From Candidatus Latescibacterota bacterium (GTDB lineage: Bacteria > Latescibacterota > UBA2968 > UBA8231): a stretch of 64,000 nucleotides of DNA. The first letter of the stretch is position 1. Each line of letters opens with the position of its first letter. The translations under genes and the position numbers were made by a program. The DNA is taken from contig CBDCSU010000005.1 in assembly GCA_965221775.1 (NCBI GenBank), forward strand, positions 441,216 to 505,215, written 5' to 3'. This document shows, piece after piece, positions 12,409 to 21,919 of the stretch. The notes under the pieces were generated by a model. It was not told where the DNA came from, made no database searches, and saw only the letters and a program-made list of their open reading frames with translations.

Positions 12409-14760
12409 ATGGAATTCGTCGACAACGACTATTGGTGGAAGAGCCTGGTCCTGGACTGCCCCGAGGGCGCGGCGGACCTGACGGCGCGGGTCCAGGTGCG
12501 CCAGCCCCAGGGATACGTGCAGGAGCTGACGGTGGACGAGGTCGAGGTGCGCGGCGGCAAGGCCCGCGTCCCCATCCTCTATCCGCTGGTCGACGACGGG
12601 CGCTACGACCCCAAGCACGGCTTCTGGCAGGAGGGCTGGGTCATGGGCGAGTACCGCTTCGACGTGCAGCTCATGGCCGGGGACCGCATGATCGCCGCCG
12701 AGACCACCACCCTCGACGCCAGGAGCTTCTTCCCCTCCGACCGCTGGCTCATCGCCGTCGACGCCCGGCCGCAGATCATCGAGTGCGCGCCCCGGCAGGC
12801 CCTGTTCGTCGACGAGGACGAGGCCCGCTTCCTCTACCGCATCCGCCGTCACCGCGTCAGCCGCTGCGAGGTGGAGGTGGACGTCACCACCCGCGAAGGC
12901 ACCGTCCCCCTGGCCGGCCCCTGGCGCCTGGAACTCACCCACGAGCTGCAGGAGCACTCCTTCTCCATCGCCGGGTGGGGCACCGGCGAGTACTGGATCC
13001 GCCTGCGGCCGGTGGTGGAGGGCGAGCCCGTGGGCCCTTGGTGCGTGCGCAAGATCTGGAGGCAGGTCGACGCCGGTCCGGCGCCGCCGGAGGTGCTGGA
13101 GCTGGCCGGCTATCCCGAGGTGCTGGTCGACGACTACAGCTTCGACGAAGTCGAGGGCATCCAGTTCGTCCCCGACACCCTGGACAAGAGCCCCGGGCCC
13201 CTGGCGGCCACCACCGAGCCCCACGACGAGGAGATGCTGCGCATCGAGTCGATCGGCTGGAACCAGGAGGCCGGGCGCTACGAGGCGGTCTACGCAAACA
13301 GCGGCGGACGGGTCGAGCGCAAGGAGAGGCGCGAGGAGCTGAGCCGCCTGCGCATGCTGCAGGTCAGCGAGGACGGCGTGAGCTGGGAGAAGCCCTCCCT
13401 CGGGCTCGTGGAGTACGACGGCTCGACGGCCAACAACATCCTCAGCGACGAGCCCGAACCCACCCCCGCGCAAGAGGAGACCGCCCACGCCCTGGAGCAC
13501 GCCGAGTTCCGCTTCTACGACGCCGAGAGGGACGGCCCCGTCGACCTGGACCGCGTCTTCATCGCCTCGGCCAAGGAGGACTTCCCCTTCGACTGCAGGA
13601 GCCTCCAGGGCGACGCGGACGAGGAGACCGAGGTCTTCCGCCCCACCAAGGGGGAGTTCTGGTCCCTCGAGCAGCGCGGCGACCTCTACCTCGTGCTCAC
13701 GCGGGAGCCGGTCCTCTACCTCGGCGTCGGCATGGATCTGATGCACACGAGCGAGACGATCCGCTGCCACGTGGAGGAGTCGGACGGCGGGCGCCTGCAC
13801 TTCTACTTCCGCCCCGCCTCGCCCGCCTACCTGCCCCACGGCGTCACCTACGACAACATGCACCTGGCCCTGCGCTGCCTGGCGGTCATGTCCACCGCCG
13901 ACGGCATCACCTACGAGCGCCGCTTCGTCCTGGGGCCCGACGGCCACGACCGCCTGGGGTCGCAGTTCTACGCCATGGGGCTCATGCAGCGTCTCGGCAC
14001 GACGGGCGACGCCCCGGGCCGCACCGTGCTGGCCAGGGGGAAGCACAAGATCAACCAGGCCTTCCCGCGGCGGAACCTCTACCTCGGCTCGGTGCTGCTC
14101 CACTGGGGGATCGAGCAGACCCAGGAGCCGGAGCTGATCTGGACCCGCGACCTGCTGCACTTCAAGCGCTTCACCCGGCACCGGCGCAGCCTCATCGAGT
14201 CCAACGGCCCGGGCTCCTACGACTTCGGCATGATCCGCGACCAGTACAAGTACAGCGAGTTCGGCGGCCAGTGGTGGTACTACTACACGGCGATCAACAC
14301 CCGCCACAACGGCTACGGGATCATGGCGCGGGAGACGGACCTGGACGAGCTGCGCCGCACCCGCCCCAACCACGCCGAGGCCCCCTACTTCACCACTTGG
14401 GAGGGCTACTGGGCCGACGGCAAGCAGACGAAGTACCAGCCGGCCTGCGCCCGCTGCCGGCCCTTCCGAGTGGCCCACGCCGAGCCCGTCGACGGCAGCG
14501 GCCGCCTCCTCACGCGCCCCATCCGGGTGGACGGCGACGAGCTGCGCCTCAACGCGGCCACTGATGGGGGCGGCTCCATCCGCGTCGAGCTGACCGACGA
14601 AGCGGGCGAGCCCCTGGGACCGGAACCCGCCATCTTCGAGGGCGACGACGTGGACGCCGTGGCGGCCGACCTGGCCCCCTGGCGCGGACAGGCGGTGCGC
14701 CTGCGGTTCACCCTCGACCGGGCCCGCCTCTACGCCTTCCGGATCGCCCCGCGGGAGTGA
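12409..14760 (+). CDS. large GH-like beta-propeller protein with N-terminal beta-sandwich region and C-terminal beta-sandwich (family unassigned)
   Basis: GGGGAGGA lies upstream of ATG 12409. The central and C-terminal parts are paralogous to the 25425..26972 protein (SEDGVSWEKP-type blades; RLNAATDGGGSIRVEL vs RLNADASGGTIAVEL tails). No signal peptide is present. Confidence 0.45.
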   Translation: MEFVDNDYWWKSLVLDCPEGAADLTARVQVRQPQGYVQELTVDEVEVRGGKARVPILYPLVDDGRYDPKHGFWQEGWVMGEYRFDVQLMAGDRMIAAETTTLDARSFFPSDRWLIAVDARPQIIECAPRQALFVDEDEARFLYRIRRHRVSRCEVEVDVTTREGTVPLAGPWRLELTHELQEHSFSIAGWGTGEYWIRLRPVVEGEPVGPWCVRKIWRQVDAGPAPPEVLELAGYPEVLVDDYSFDEVEGIQFVPDTLDKSPGPLAATTEPHDEEMLRIESIGWNQEAGRYEAVYANSGGRVERKERREELSRLRMLQVSEDGVSWEKPSLGLVEYDGSTANNILSDEPEPTPAQEETAHALEHAEFRFYDAERDGPVDLDRVFIASAKEDFPFDCRSLQGDADEETEVFRPTKGEFWSLEQRGDLYLVLTREPVLYLGVGMDLMHTSETIRCHVEESDGGRLHFYFRPASPAYLPHGVTYDNMHLALRCLAVMSTADGITYERRFVLGPDGHDRLGSQFYAMGLMQRLGTTGDAPGRTVLARGKHKINQAFPRRNLYLGSVLLHWGIEQTQEPELIWTRDLLHFKRFTRHRRSLIESNGPGSYDFGMIRDQYKYSEFGGQWWYYYTAINTRHNGYGIMARETDLDELRRTRPNHAEAPYFTTWEGYWADGKQTKYQPACARCRPFRVAHAEPVDGSGRLLTRPIRVDGDELRLNAATDGGGSIRVELTDEAGEPLGPEPAIFEGDDVDAVAADLAPWRGQAVRLRFTLDRARLYAFRIAPRE

Positions 14761-16001
14761 CGGCGGTGGCGTCAGCCGGAGCCCATCCCCCGGACCCGGG
14801 CGCGAGAGCTGACGCGGCGCCGGACCGGGAGGTGGTCCTCACCCTGGACCACGGCGTGCTTCTCATGCACGACCCCCGGGCCGCCGAGGCCGCCTACATC
14901 GACGAGATCTTCGAGAAGGCCCGCCGCCGCGGCATCGGGACGATCCTCTGGCGGACCCTGGCCGGGGCCCGGGGCCTCTACCGCAGCCGCTCCGTGCCGA
15001 GCATGGCGGACCAGTCCGAGGCGTGGGAGCAGCTGCTGGCGCGCATCGATCCCCTCGAGGCCGCCGTCGACAGCGCCCGGCGCCACGGCCTCCGCCTCTT
15101 CGCCTGGGCGACCCTGCAGGACTTCCACATCGTCCGCGACTGGGGCGTGCGCAACACCTCCCCCTTCTTCGACGAGCGCCCCCACCTCTACTGGTCCGGC
15201 GCCGACAGCACGAGCCGCCACCCCGGCATCCCCTGCTACGCCTACGAGGAGGCCCGCCGCTACTACCTGGACCACCTCGCGGAGGTGCGGGAGTACGGCG
15301 TGGACGGCCTCTTCGTCTGCTTCCGCAGCCACGCCGGCGAGCCGGCCGAGGACGACGCCTTCGGCTACAACGAGCCGTGGCTGGAGCAGCTGCGCGAGGA
15401 GACCGGGGTCGACGCCCGGCCCGGGCGCATCCGCGAGCTCCCCTGGCTGGCGTGGCGCCTGCAGAGGATCCGCGGCGACTCGTACACGGTGCTGCTGAGG
15501 GAGGTCCGCCAGGCGGCCGGGGACCTGCCCGTCTGGGTGAGCACCTCGGAGGAGCCGGACATCCTCATCGCCGGCCACTCGGAGAGGGAGAACCCCGGCC
15601 GCGCCCTTCACAGGGCCCGCATCGATCTGAGCCGCTGGTGCCGGGAGGACCTGGTGGACGCGGTGGTGGTGGTCACCAGCCGCCTCAACCCCTGCGACCC
15701 GTCGGTGGCCGAGATCTGGCGCGACACGACGGCGCGCTTCGGCAAGAAGCTCTACACCTGGCTGAACATGATCTGCCACTTCCACGACCGGGAGGGCCAG
15801 CTCGCCAAGCGGACCCCGACGCCGGAGGAGTTGCGCGGCATCGTGCTGGCTGGGCGGCGCTGCCGCATCGACGGCCTGGTCCTGCACGAGACGGCGGACC
15901 TGGAGACCTCCTACCGGAGGGAGGTCGTCGACGGCGAGAGGCAGGTGGTCAACGAGCCCCATGCGGACCGCGAGGCCCAGTGGGACGCCCTCGCCCCTTG
16001 A
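14757..16001 (+). CDS. TIM-barrel glycoside-hydrolase-like protein (GHL10/DUF4015-like)
   Basis: The GTG start overlaps the previous stop (GTGA). GTILWRTL..., PCYAYEEARRYYLDHLAEVREYGVDGLFVCF resembles family-10 glycosyl-hydrolase-like proteins. The start codon is uncertain. Confidence 0.4.
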   Translation: MTAVASAGAHPPDPGARADAAPDREVVLTLDHGVLLMHDPRAAEAAYIDEIFEKARRRGIGTILWRTLAGARGLYRSRSVPSMADQSEAWEQLLARIDPLEAAVDSARRHGLRLFAWATLQDFHIVRDWGVRNTSPFFDERPHLYWSGADSTSRHPGIPCYAYEEARRYYLDHLAEVREYGVDGLFVCFRSHAGEPAEDDAFGYNEPWLEQLREETGVDARPGRIRELPWLAWRLQRIRGDSYTVLLREVRQAAGDLPVWVSTSEEPDILIAGHSERENPGRALHRARIDLSRWCREDLVDAVVVVTSRLNPCDPSVAEIWRDTTARFGKKLYTWLNMICHFHDREGQLAKRTPTPEELRGIVLAGRRCRIDGLVLHETADLETSYRREVVDGERQVVNEPHADREAQWDALAP

Positions 16002-16048
16002 GATCGCCATCGTCGCCGGGGCCGCGCCGCTCCCGGTGCGGCCGGCGC

Positions 16049-19000
16049 ATGCAATGGGCGGCCCAAGCAGCAGTCTTGGGCCTGGTCGGCGCTCTCGCCT
16101 TTGGCGCCTGTGGCCGCGATTCTCCGCTGGGGGGCGCCGGGGGGGTCGCCATCCCAGATGCCAACCTGCGCGCGGCCATTGCAGGCGCCCTCGGCAAGTC
16201 GGGAGAGGCGCCGATCACCGTCGACGAGATGGCGTCCCTGACGCGCCTTGGCGCATCAAGCTCAGCCATTCGCGATCTGACCGGACTGGAATTCGCAACC
16301 AGCCTGACGCGGCTGTCTCTTGGCGACAACTCCATTTCGGACTTGACGCCTCTCGCCGGACTGACCAACCTGACCGATCTGTGGCTTTGGGACAATGATC
16401 TCTCGGATTTGGCGCCGCTGGCCAGGTTGACAAACCTGACGCGGCTGATCCTCTCCAGCACCGGTGTCTCGGAATTGGCGCCTATCGCCGGCCTGACAAA
16501 CCTGACGGAACTGTCTCTCGGCAATAGCGCCCTTGCGGATCTGACCCCCCTCGCCGGACTGACCAGCCTCACACGGCTGTCCCTCGGCGCAAACTCCATT
16601 GCGGACCTCACGCCCCTCGCCGGGCTCACCAGCCTGACAGGGCTGTCCCTCGGCGCAAACTCCATTGCGGACCTCACGCCCCTCGCCGGGCTCACCAGCC
16701 TCACATGGCTGTCCCTTGGCGCAAACTCCATTGCGGACCTCACCCCCCTCGCCGGACTGACCAGCCTGACAGGGCTGTCCCTGCCTGACAACAGCGTCTC
16801 GGACCTGACACCCCTTGCCGGGCTGATCGAACTGAGGAGGCTGGAACTTGGCGACAACTCCATCGTGGATCTGACACCCCTCGACGCGCTGACCGAACTG
16901 ACCGAACTGCGCCTCGAGAACAACAGTATCTCGGACCTCACCGGTCTCGACGGGCTGACCAACCTGGCAAGGCTGTATCTCAACGTGAACTCCATTGCCG
17001 ATATCGCCCCCCTCGCGGGGCTGACCAACCTGGCGACGCTCTGGCTTGGCGACAATGAAATCTCCGACTTGACGCCTCTGGCGGGACTGACAAACCTGAC
17101 CGAGCTGCGGCTCGAGAACAACAGCATCTCGGATCTCGCGCCGTTGGTGGAAAATACGGGACTGGGCTTGGGAAACTGGATCGATGTGCGGGGCAACCCG
17201 CTGAGCGACAGATCGATCAACACTCACATTCCGGCCCTTCAAGCCAGAGGGGTGATCAGCGATGGCGATGGAGGGGAGACGCCCCTTTCCATGCCCGACG
17301 CTGCACTGCACGCGGCCATCGCCAACGAGATTGGCAAGGCGAGCAACGAGCCGATCACCGCCCGTGAGATGACGGCTTTGGATCACCTTTTCGCGCTCGA
17401 GTCGGATATTCACGAGTTGACGGGGCTCGAGTACGCGATCAACCTGACAACACTGCAGCTCTATGGCAACCGCGTCTCGGACCTGACGCCCCTCGCCGGG
17501 CTTACCAACCTGGAAGAGCTCTATCTTCGCCGCAACTCCATTGAGGATCTGACACCGCTCGCCGGGCTGACCAACCTGACGGAGCTCTACCTTTACCACA
17601 ACAAGGTCTCGAATCTGACACCGCTCGCCGGATTGACCAGCCTGACCGAACTGGACCTCGACTACACCGGCGTCCGGGATCTGACGCCCCTCGCCGGCCT
17701 GATCAACCTCAAAGAGCTCCATCTTCGCACCAACTCCATTGCGGACCTGTCCCCTCTCGCCGGACTGGTCCAACTGACGACGCTCTATCTCTCATACAAC
17801 AACGTCTCGGATCTGACACCGCTTTCTGGATTGACCAACCTGACGGAACTGGAGCTTGACTTCAACGGCCTCTCCGACCTGACACCCATCGCTGGATCGA
17901 CCAGCCTGACCGAACTGGACCTTGAAGGCAACGCAGTCTCCGACATCCGGCCCCTCGTCGGCCTGACCAACCTCATCACCCTGAAGCTCGGCGGCAACTC
18001 TATCTCCGAGGTGCCCGCCGGGTTGTTCGCAGGCTTCGCTGACCTCGAAAGGCTTGATCTGGCCAGCAACCCGGGGGCCCCCTTCGCCTTCACCCTCGAA
18101 CTCGAGCGCACGGACACGGCCAACCGGCTGGCTCCAGCCCCCGCCGGTGTGGCGGTGCAACTGGCGGAGGGAGCACCGTTCGAGATGACCGTAGCCCTGT
18201 CGGTACACAACGGCTCGGCCTCGGTTGCCTCGCTAACGATCGGCGCCGGCGACACCACAAGCACCCCAACCCAAGTCACGGCGCCCGGCGGCTCGTCAAC
18301 CGCGACTCATGTTGTCCTGGACCATGGGCCTCTGATTCCCAGCGGGTTCACGGGCGTTGAGGTTTTCACCGGCAGCCCGCTGGTTCTCTTCGCCGAATCC
18401 GACGACCACTTTCCGGTGGCCGAAGCAGAGATTCCACCTCACGTCCTGCAAGTGGGTGGCCCGAAGCCGGCACTGGACGTGAGAGCGTACTTCTCGGACG
18501 CCGACGGCGACGAACTGGTGTACTCGGCGACGTCGAGGGACGACCACCTGGTCGGCACCCGAGTGAAGGGGGGCATGGTAACCTTGACCCCCCGTGCGGA
18601 AGGCCATGCTTTGGTTGCCGTTTCCGCGACCGATCTCAATGGATGGCGCGCATCCCAGGAGTTTCCCGTAACGGTGCTGTCGGCTCCCGATCCTCATTCC
18701 TTCGACATCGACCTCGTATTCGTCGGGCCCACTACGGAGGACTTCCGTTCAGCGGCCCTCCAGATGGCAGAGCGCTGGACCGAAGTCATCACGGACGACC
18801 TGCGGGATGTCCCCGTACCCGACAACACCGTCGATTGCCCGTGGGAACATCGTTTCCATGGGACCGTGGATGATCTTGTGGTCTTCGTGGAAGTCGAGTC
18901 CCTCACTCGTGCTGCGGGGATCGCGGATCTGTGCCGGACGCGCGACAGGTATTCCCCATACAAGGCAAGGAGGTACCCGGGGCACCTGGGTTCCTCCCTG

Positions 19001-19510
19001 CCCCTTATGGGGTACATTGCACTGGACACGGATGTGGTGGCCCGGGGCACAGAGGCCTGGGGCAGGGAGCGATTGGAGCAGGTGATCCTTCACGAGATAG
19101 GACATGTCCTGGGAATCGGGACCTCATGGCATGATTTCGGCTTTGTGCAGGACAGCGGCGGCTCCGACCCCCACTTCAACGGCCCGCTGGCCATAGAGGC
19201 CTTCGACGCGGCCGGAGGCACGAACTACACGTCAGGGGCAAAGGTGCCCGTCACCTCCCGCGGAAGCCATTGGAGATTCTGGGGCGAACTCATGTCCCCA
19301 AGTGGCAGCCCCGCTCTCAGCGCCATCACGGTTCAGTCCCTGGCCGATCTCGGCTATGTCGTCGATGTCAGCCGCGCCGACCCGTTCCAACTGCCGGGCT
19401 CGGCCAAGGCGATTGCGGGACCGGGCCTCGATCTCCACGACGACATCCTCCAGGGGCCGATAGAGGTGGTCGACGAGGCTGGGCACGTCGTCCGCGTGAT
19501 CCACCGATGA
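16049..19510 (+). CDS. lipoprotein with two internalin-like LRR modules, an Ig-like region and a C-terminal leishmanolysin-like (M8-type) zinc-metalloprotease domain
   Basis: ATG 16049 begins MQWAAQAAVLGLVGALAFGAC, which has a lipobox. There are about 13 plus 10 22-residue LRRs (LTxLxLxxNxIxDLTPLAGLT), each block with an N-cap (IPDANLRAAIA...; MPDAALHAAIA...). HEIGH lies at 19091-19105, followed by GSHW...ELMS. The upstream part of ORF 15023..19510 is not coding in this frame. Confidence 0.8.
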   Translation: MQWAAQAAVLGLVGALAFGACGRDSPLGGAGGVAIPDANLRAAIAGALGKSGEAPITVDEMASLTRLGASSSAIRDLTGLEFATSLTRLSLGDNSISDLTPLAGLTNLTDLWLWDNDLSDLAPLARLTNLTRLILSSTGVSELAPIAGLTNLTELSLGNSALADLTPLAGLTSLTRLSLGANSIADLTPLAGLTSLTGLSLGANSIADLTPLAGLTSLTWLSLGANSIADLTPLAGLTSLTGLSLPDNSVSDLTPLAGLIELRRLELGDNSIVDLTPLDALTELTELRLENNSISDLTGLDGLTNLARLYLNVNSIADIAPLAGLTNLATLWLGDNEISDLTPLAGLTNLTELRLENNSISDLAPLVENTGLGLGNWIDVRGNPLSDRSINTHIPALQARGVISDGDGGETPLSMPDAALHAAIANEIGKASNEPITAREMTALDHLFALESDIHELTGLEYAINLTTLQLYGNRVSDLTPLAGLTNLEELYLRRNSIEDLTPLAGLTNLTELYLYHNKVSNLTPLAGLTSLTELDLDYTGVRDLTPLAGLINLKELHLRTNSIADLSPLAGLVQLTTLYLSYNNVSDLTPLSGLTNLTELELDFNGLSDLTPIAGSTSLTELDLEGNAVSDIRPLVGLTNLITLKLGGNSISEVPAGLFAGFADLERLDLASNPGAPFAFTLELERTDTANRLAPAPAGVAVQLAEGAPFEMTVALSVHNGSASVASLTIGAGDTTSTPTQVTAPGGSSTATHVVLDHGPLIPSGFTGVEVFTGSPLVLFAESDDHFPVAEAEIPPHVLQVGGPKPALDVRAYFSDADGDELVYSATSRDDHLVGTRVKGGMVTLTPRAEGHALVAVSATDLNGWRASQEFPVTVLSAPDPHSFDIDLVFVGPTTEDFRSAALQMAERWTEVITDDLRDVPVPDNTVDCPWEHRFHGTVDDLVVFVEVESLTRAAGIADLCRTRDRYSPYKARRYPGHLGSSLPLMGYIALDTDVVARGTEAWGRERLEQVILHEIGHVLGIGTSWHDFGFVQDSGGSDPHFNGPLAIEAFDAAGGTNYTSGAKVPVTSRGSHWRFWGELMSPSGSPALSAITVQSLADLGYVVDVSRADPFQLPGSAKAIAGPGLDLHDDILQGPIEVVDEAGHVVRVIHR
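16562..16759 (+). repeat. three near-identical 66-bp tandem units (LRR-coding)
   Basis: Units 16562-16627, 16628-16693 and 16694-16759 differ at only 2-6 positions. Flanking LRR units are much more diverged. Confidence 0.9.
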
Positions 19511-19528
19511 GAGCAGGAGGAGCCTGAA

Positions 19529-20332
19529 ATGGACCAACGCCTGCAGGACAAGGTGGCCATCGTCACCGGCGCCGGATCCGTGGGGCCCGGGTGGGGCAAC
19601 GGCAAGGCCACGGCGGTGCTCTTCGCCCGCCACGGGGCCCGCGTCCTGGCCGCCGACATCAACCTGGCCGCCGCCGAGGAGACGCGGTCCATCATCGAGG
19701 GCGAGGGCGGCCGCTGCACGGCCCACGAGGCCGACGTCAGCCGCAACGGCGACGTGGAGGCCATGGTCGAGCGCTGCCTCGCCGAGTACGGCCGCGTCGA
19801 CATCCTCCACAACAACGTGGGCATCCTCGAGGTCGGCGGCTGCGTCGAGGCGACCGAGGAGAGCTGGGACCGCGTCAACGAGGTCAACCTCAAGAGCGTC
19901 TTCCTCACCTGCAAGCACGTGCTGCCCCACATGGAGCGCCAGGGGGGCGGCGCCATCGTCAACATCTCCTCGGTGGCCGGCATCCGCTGGCTGGGCGTGC
20001 CCTACGTCTCCTACAGCGCCACCAAGGGCGCCGTGAACCAGCTCACCCGCAGCATCGCCATGCAGTACGCGAAGAAGAACATCCGCGCCAACGCCATCCT
20101 GCCCGGCTTCATGGAGACGCCCATGGTGGTCCACTCCCTCTCCCAGACCTACTCCGGGGGCGACGTGGAGAAGATGGTGGAGATCCGCAACCAGCTCTGC
20201 CCCACCGGCAAGATGGGCGACGCCTGGGACGTGGCCCACGCCGCCCTCTACCTCGCCTCCGACGAGGCCCGCTACGTCACCGGCGCCGAGCTGGTCGTCG
20301 ACGGCGGCCTGACCTGCTCCATCGGGGCCTGA
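19529..20332 (+). CDS. SDR family oxidoreductase
   Basis: AGGAGGAG lies upstream of ATG 19529. VTGAGS..G Rossmann motif, NNVGI, and the catalytic YSATK are present. Confidence 0.85.
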   Translation: MDQRLQDKVAIVTGAGSVGPGWGNGKATAVLFARHGARVLAADINLAAAEETRSIIEGEGGRCTAHEADVSRNGDVEAMVERCLAEYGRVDILHNNVGILEVGGCVEATEESWDRVNEVNLKSVFLTCKHVLPHMERQGGGAIVNISSVAGIRWLGVPYVSYSATKGAVNQLTRSIAMQYAKKNIRANAILPGFMETPMVVHSLSQTYSGGDVEKMVEIRNQLCPTGKMGDAWDVAHAALYLASDEARYVTGAELVVDGGLTCSIGA

Positions 20333-20334
20333 GC

Positions 20335-21900
20335 GTGAACATCGGAGATCTGCTGACCAAGGCGGCGCGGACCTTGCCCGGCAACCCGGCCGTGGTCTAC
20401 GGGGAGCGGCGCCTCGACTACGCGGAGTTCGACGGGCGGGTCAACCGGCTGGCCGCGGCCCTGTACCGCCTCGGCCTGGAGCCCGGCGGCACGGCGGCGG
20501 TGCTCATGCACAACCGCCCGGAGATGCTGGAGTCGATCTTCGCCTGCTTCAAGGCCGGGTGCGCCGCCGTCCCCCTCAACTTCCGCCTGCACCCGCGGGA
20601 GCTGGCCTACATCATCGACCACTCCCAGGCCCGGGTGGTGCTGGCCAGCGATGCCTTCGCAGATACCTTGTCCGACATGCGGACCGAGTTGCCCCACCTG
20701 CGCCATCTCGTCGTCGCCGGCGATGTCCCCTCCGGCGCCCTCGACTACGAGGAGCTGCTCTCCGCCGAATCCGACCGCTTCGAGACCGCCGCGGCGGAAC
20801 CCGACGACACGGCCTGGCTGTTCTACACCTCGGGCACCACGGGCCTGCCCAAGGGGGCGATGCTCACTCACCGCAACCTGCTGGCCATGACCATGGGGTT
20901 CTACGCCGACATGTGCCCCGGCTTCGGCACCGCCGAGGTGGTCCTCCACGCCGCTCCCCTCTCCCACGGCAGCGGCCTCTACGCCCTGCCGAACGTGGGC
21001 AAGGCGGCGGCCCACGTGATCCCGCCGTCGCCCTCCTTCGACCCGGAGGAAGCCCTGCGGGACATCGAGCGCCACCGGGTGACCAACCTCTTCGCGGCGC
21101 CGACCATGGTGAAGCGGATGGTCGACAGCCCCGCCATCGACCGCCGCGACCACGCGTCCCTCAAGGCCGTCGTCTACGGCGGCGCCCCCATGTTGGCCGA
21201 GGACCTGCGCAAGGCGATGGAGAAGCTGGGGCCGTGCCTGGTGCAGCTCTACGGCCAGGCCGAGTCGCCCATGACGATCTCCCACCTGCCCCACGGCGAC
21301 CACGTTCTCGACGGCAGCCCCGACCAGGCGCGGCGCCTGTCCTCGGCCGGCATCGCCCGCACCGACGTGGAGGTGCGCATCGTCGACGCCGGGGACCGCC
21401 CCCTGCCGCCGGGCGAGACCGGCGAGATCGTCACCCGCTCGGACCTGGTCATGAAGGGCTACTGGCGCGACGAGGAGGCCACCGCCGCCGCCCTGCGCGG
21501 GGGCTGGCTGCACACCGGCGACCTGGGCTACCTTGACGAGGCGGGCTACCTCTTCCTCATGGACCGCTCCAAGGACTTGATCATCAGCGGCGGCGAGAAC
21601 ATCTATCCGCGCGAGATCGAGGAGGTGCTGGTGCAGCACCCCGCCGTGGGCGAGGTCGCCGTCATCGGCGTCCCCGACGAGGAGTGGGGCGAGGCGGTGA
21701 AGGCCGTCGTCGTCCTGGCCCCCGGCCGCGGCGCCACCGCCGGGGAGCTGATCGATTTCTGCCGGGGCCACCTGGCCAGCTACAAGAAGCCCCGGTCGGT
21801 CGACTTCGTCGACGAGATCCCCAAGAACAACTACGGCAAGATCGTCAAGAACGAGCTGCGCGAGCCCTACTGGCGGGGCCGGGAGCGGCGGGTCGTCTAA
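20335..21900 (+). CDS. AMP-dependent acyl-CoA synthetase/ligase
   Basis: GTG 20335 lies 3 nt after the SDR stop. The AMP-binding motif [13 protein letters not shown] is present, along with [29 protein letters not shown] and YKKPR. Confidence 0.85.
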   Translation: MNIGDLLTKAARTLPGNPAVVYGERRLDYAEFDGRVNRLAAALYRLGLEPGGTAAVLMHNRPEMLESIFACFKAGCAAVPLNFRLHPRELAYIIDHSQARVVLASDAFADTLSDMRTELPHLRHLVVAGDVPSGALDYEELLSAESDRFETAAAEPDDTAWLFYTSGTTGLPKGAMLTHRNLLAMTMGFYADMCPGFGTAEVVLHAAPLSHGSGLYALPNVGKAAAHVIPPSPSFDPEEALRDIERHRVTNLFAAPTMVKRMVDSPAIDRRDHASLKAVVYGGAPMLAEDLRKAMEKLGPCLVQLYGQAESPMTISHLPHGDHVLDGSPDQARRLSSAGIARTDVEVRIVDAGDRPLPPGETGEIVTRSDLVMKGYWRDEEATAAALRGGWLHTGDLGYLDEAGYLFLMDRSKDLIISGGENIYPREIEEVLVQHPAVGEVAVIGVPDEEWGEAVKAVVVLAPGRGATAGELIDFCRGHLASYKKPRSVDFVDEIPKNNYGKIVKNELREPYWRGRERRVV

Positions 21901-21919
21901 CCAGACGGGAGCAGCGAGA

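Noticed and set aside
15023-16048. The ORF track extends the LRR protein upstream at its N-terminus, giving 1495 aa.
   Set aside because: The upstream part overlaps the GHL10-like gene out of frame and is Arg/Pro-rich. A lipoprotein signal peptide with a lipobox begins at ATG 16049.
15949-17773. Antisense ORFs (15949..17223 at 424 aa, 16262..17773 at 503 aa) are themselves repetitive.
   Set aside because: They are mirror images of the LRR coding repeats. The sense frame has the canonical LxxLxLxxN pattern and a signal peptide.
16270-18060. A regular 66-nt periodicity could be mistaken for a CRISPR-like or satellite array.
   Set aside because: The periodicity is in frame and encodes 22-residue leucine-rich repeats inside one long ORF. 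There is no repeat-spacer alternation and there are no cas genes.
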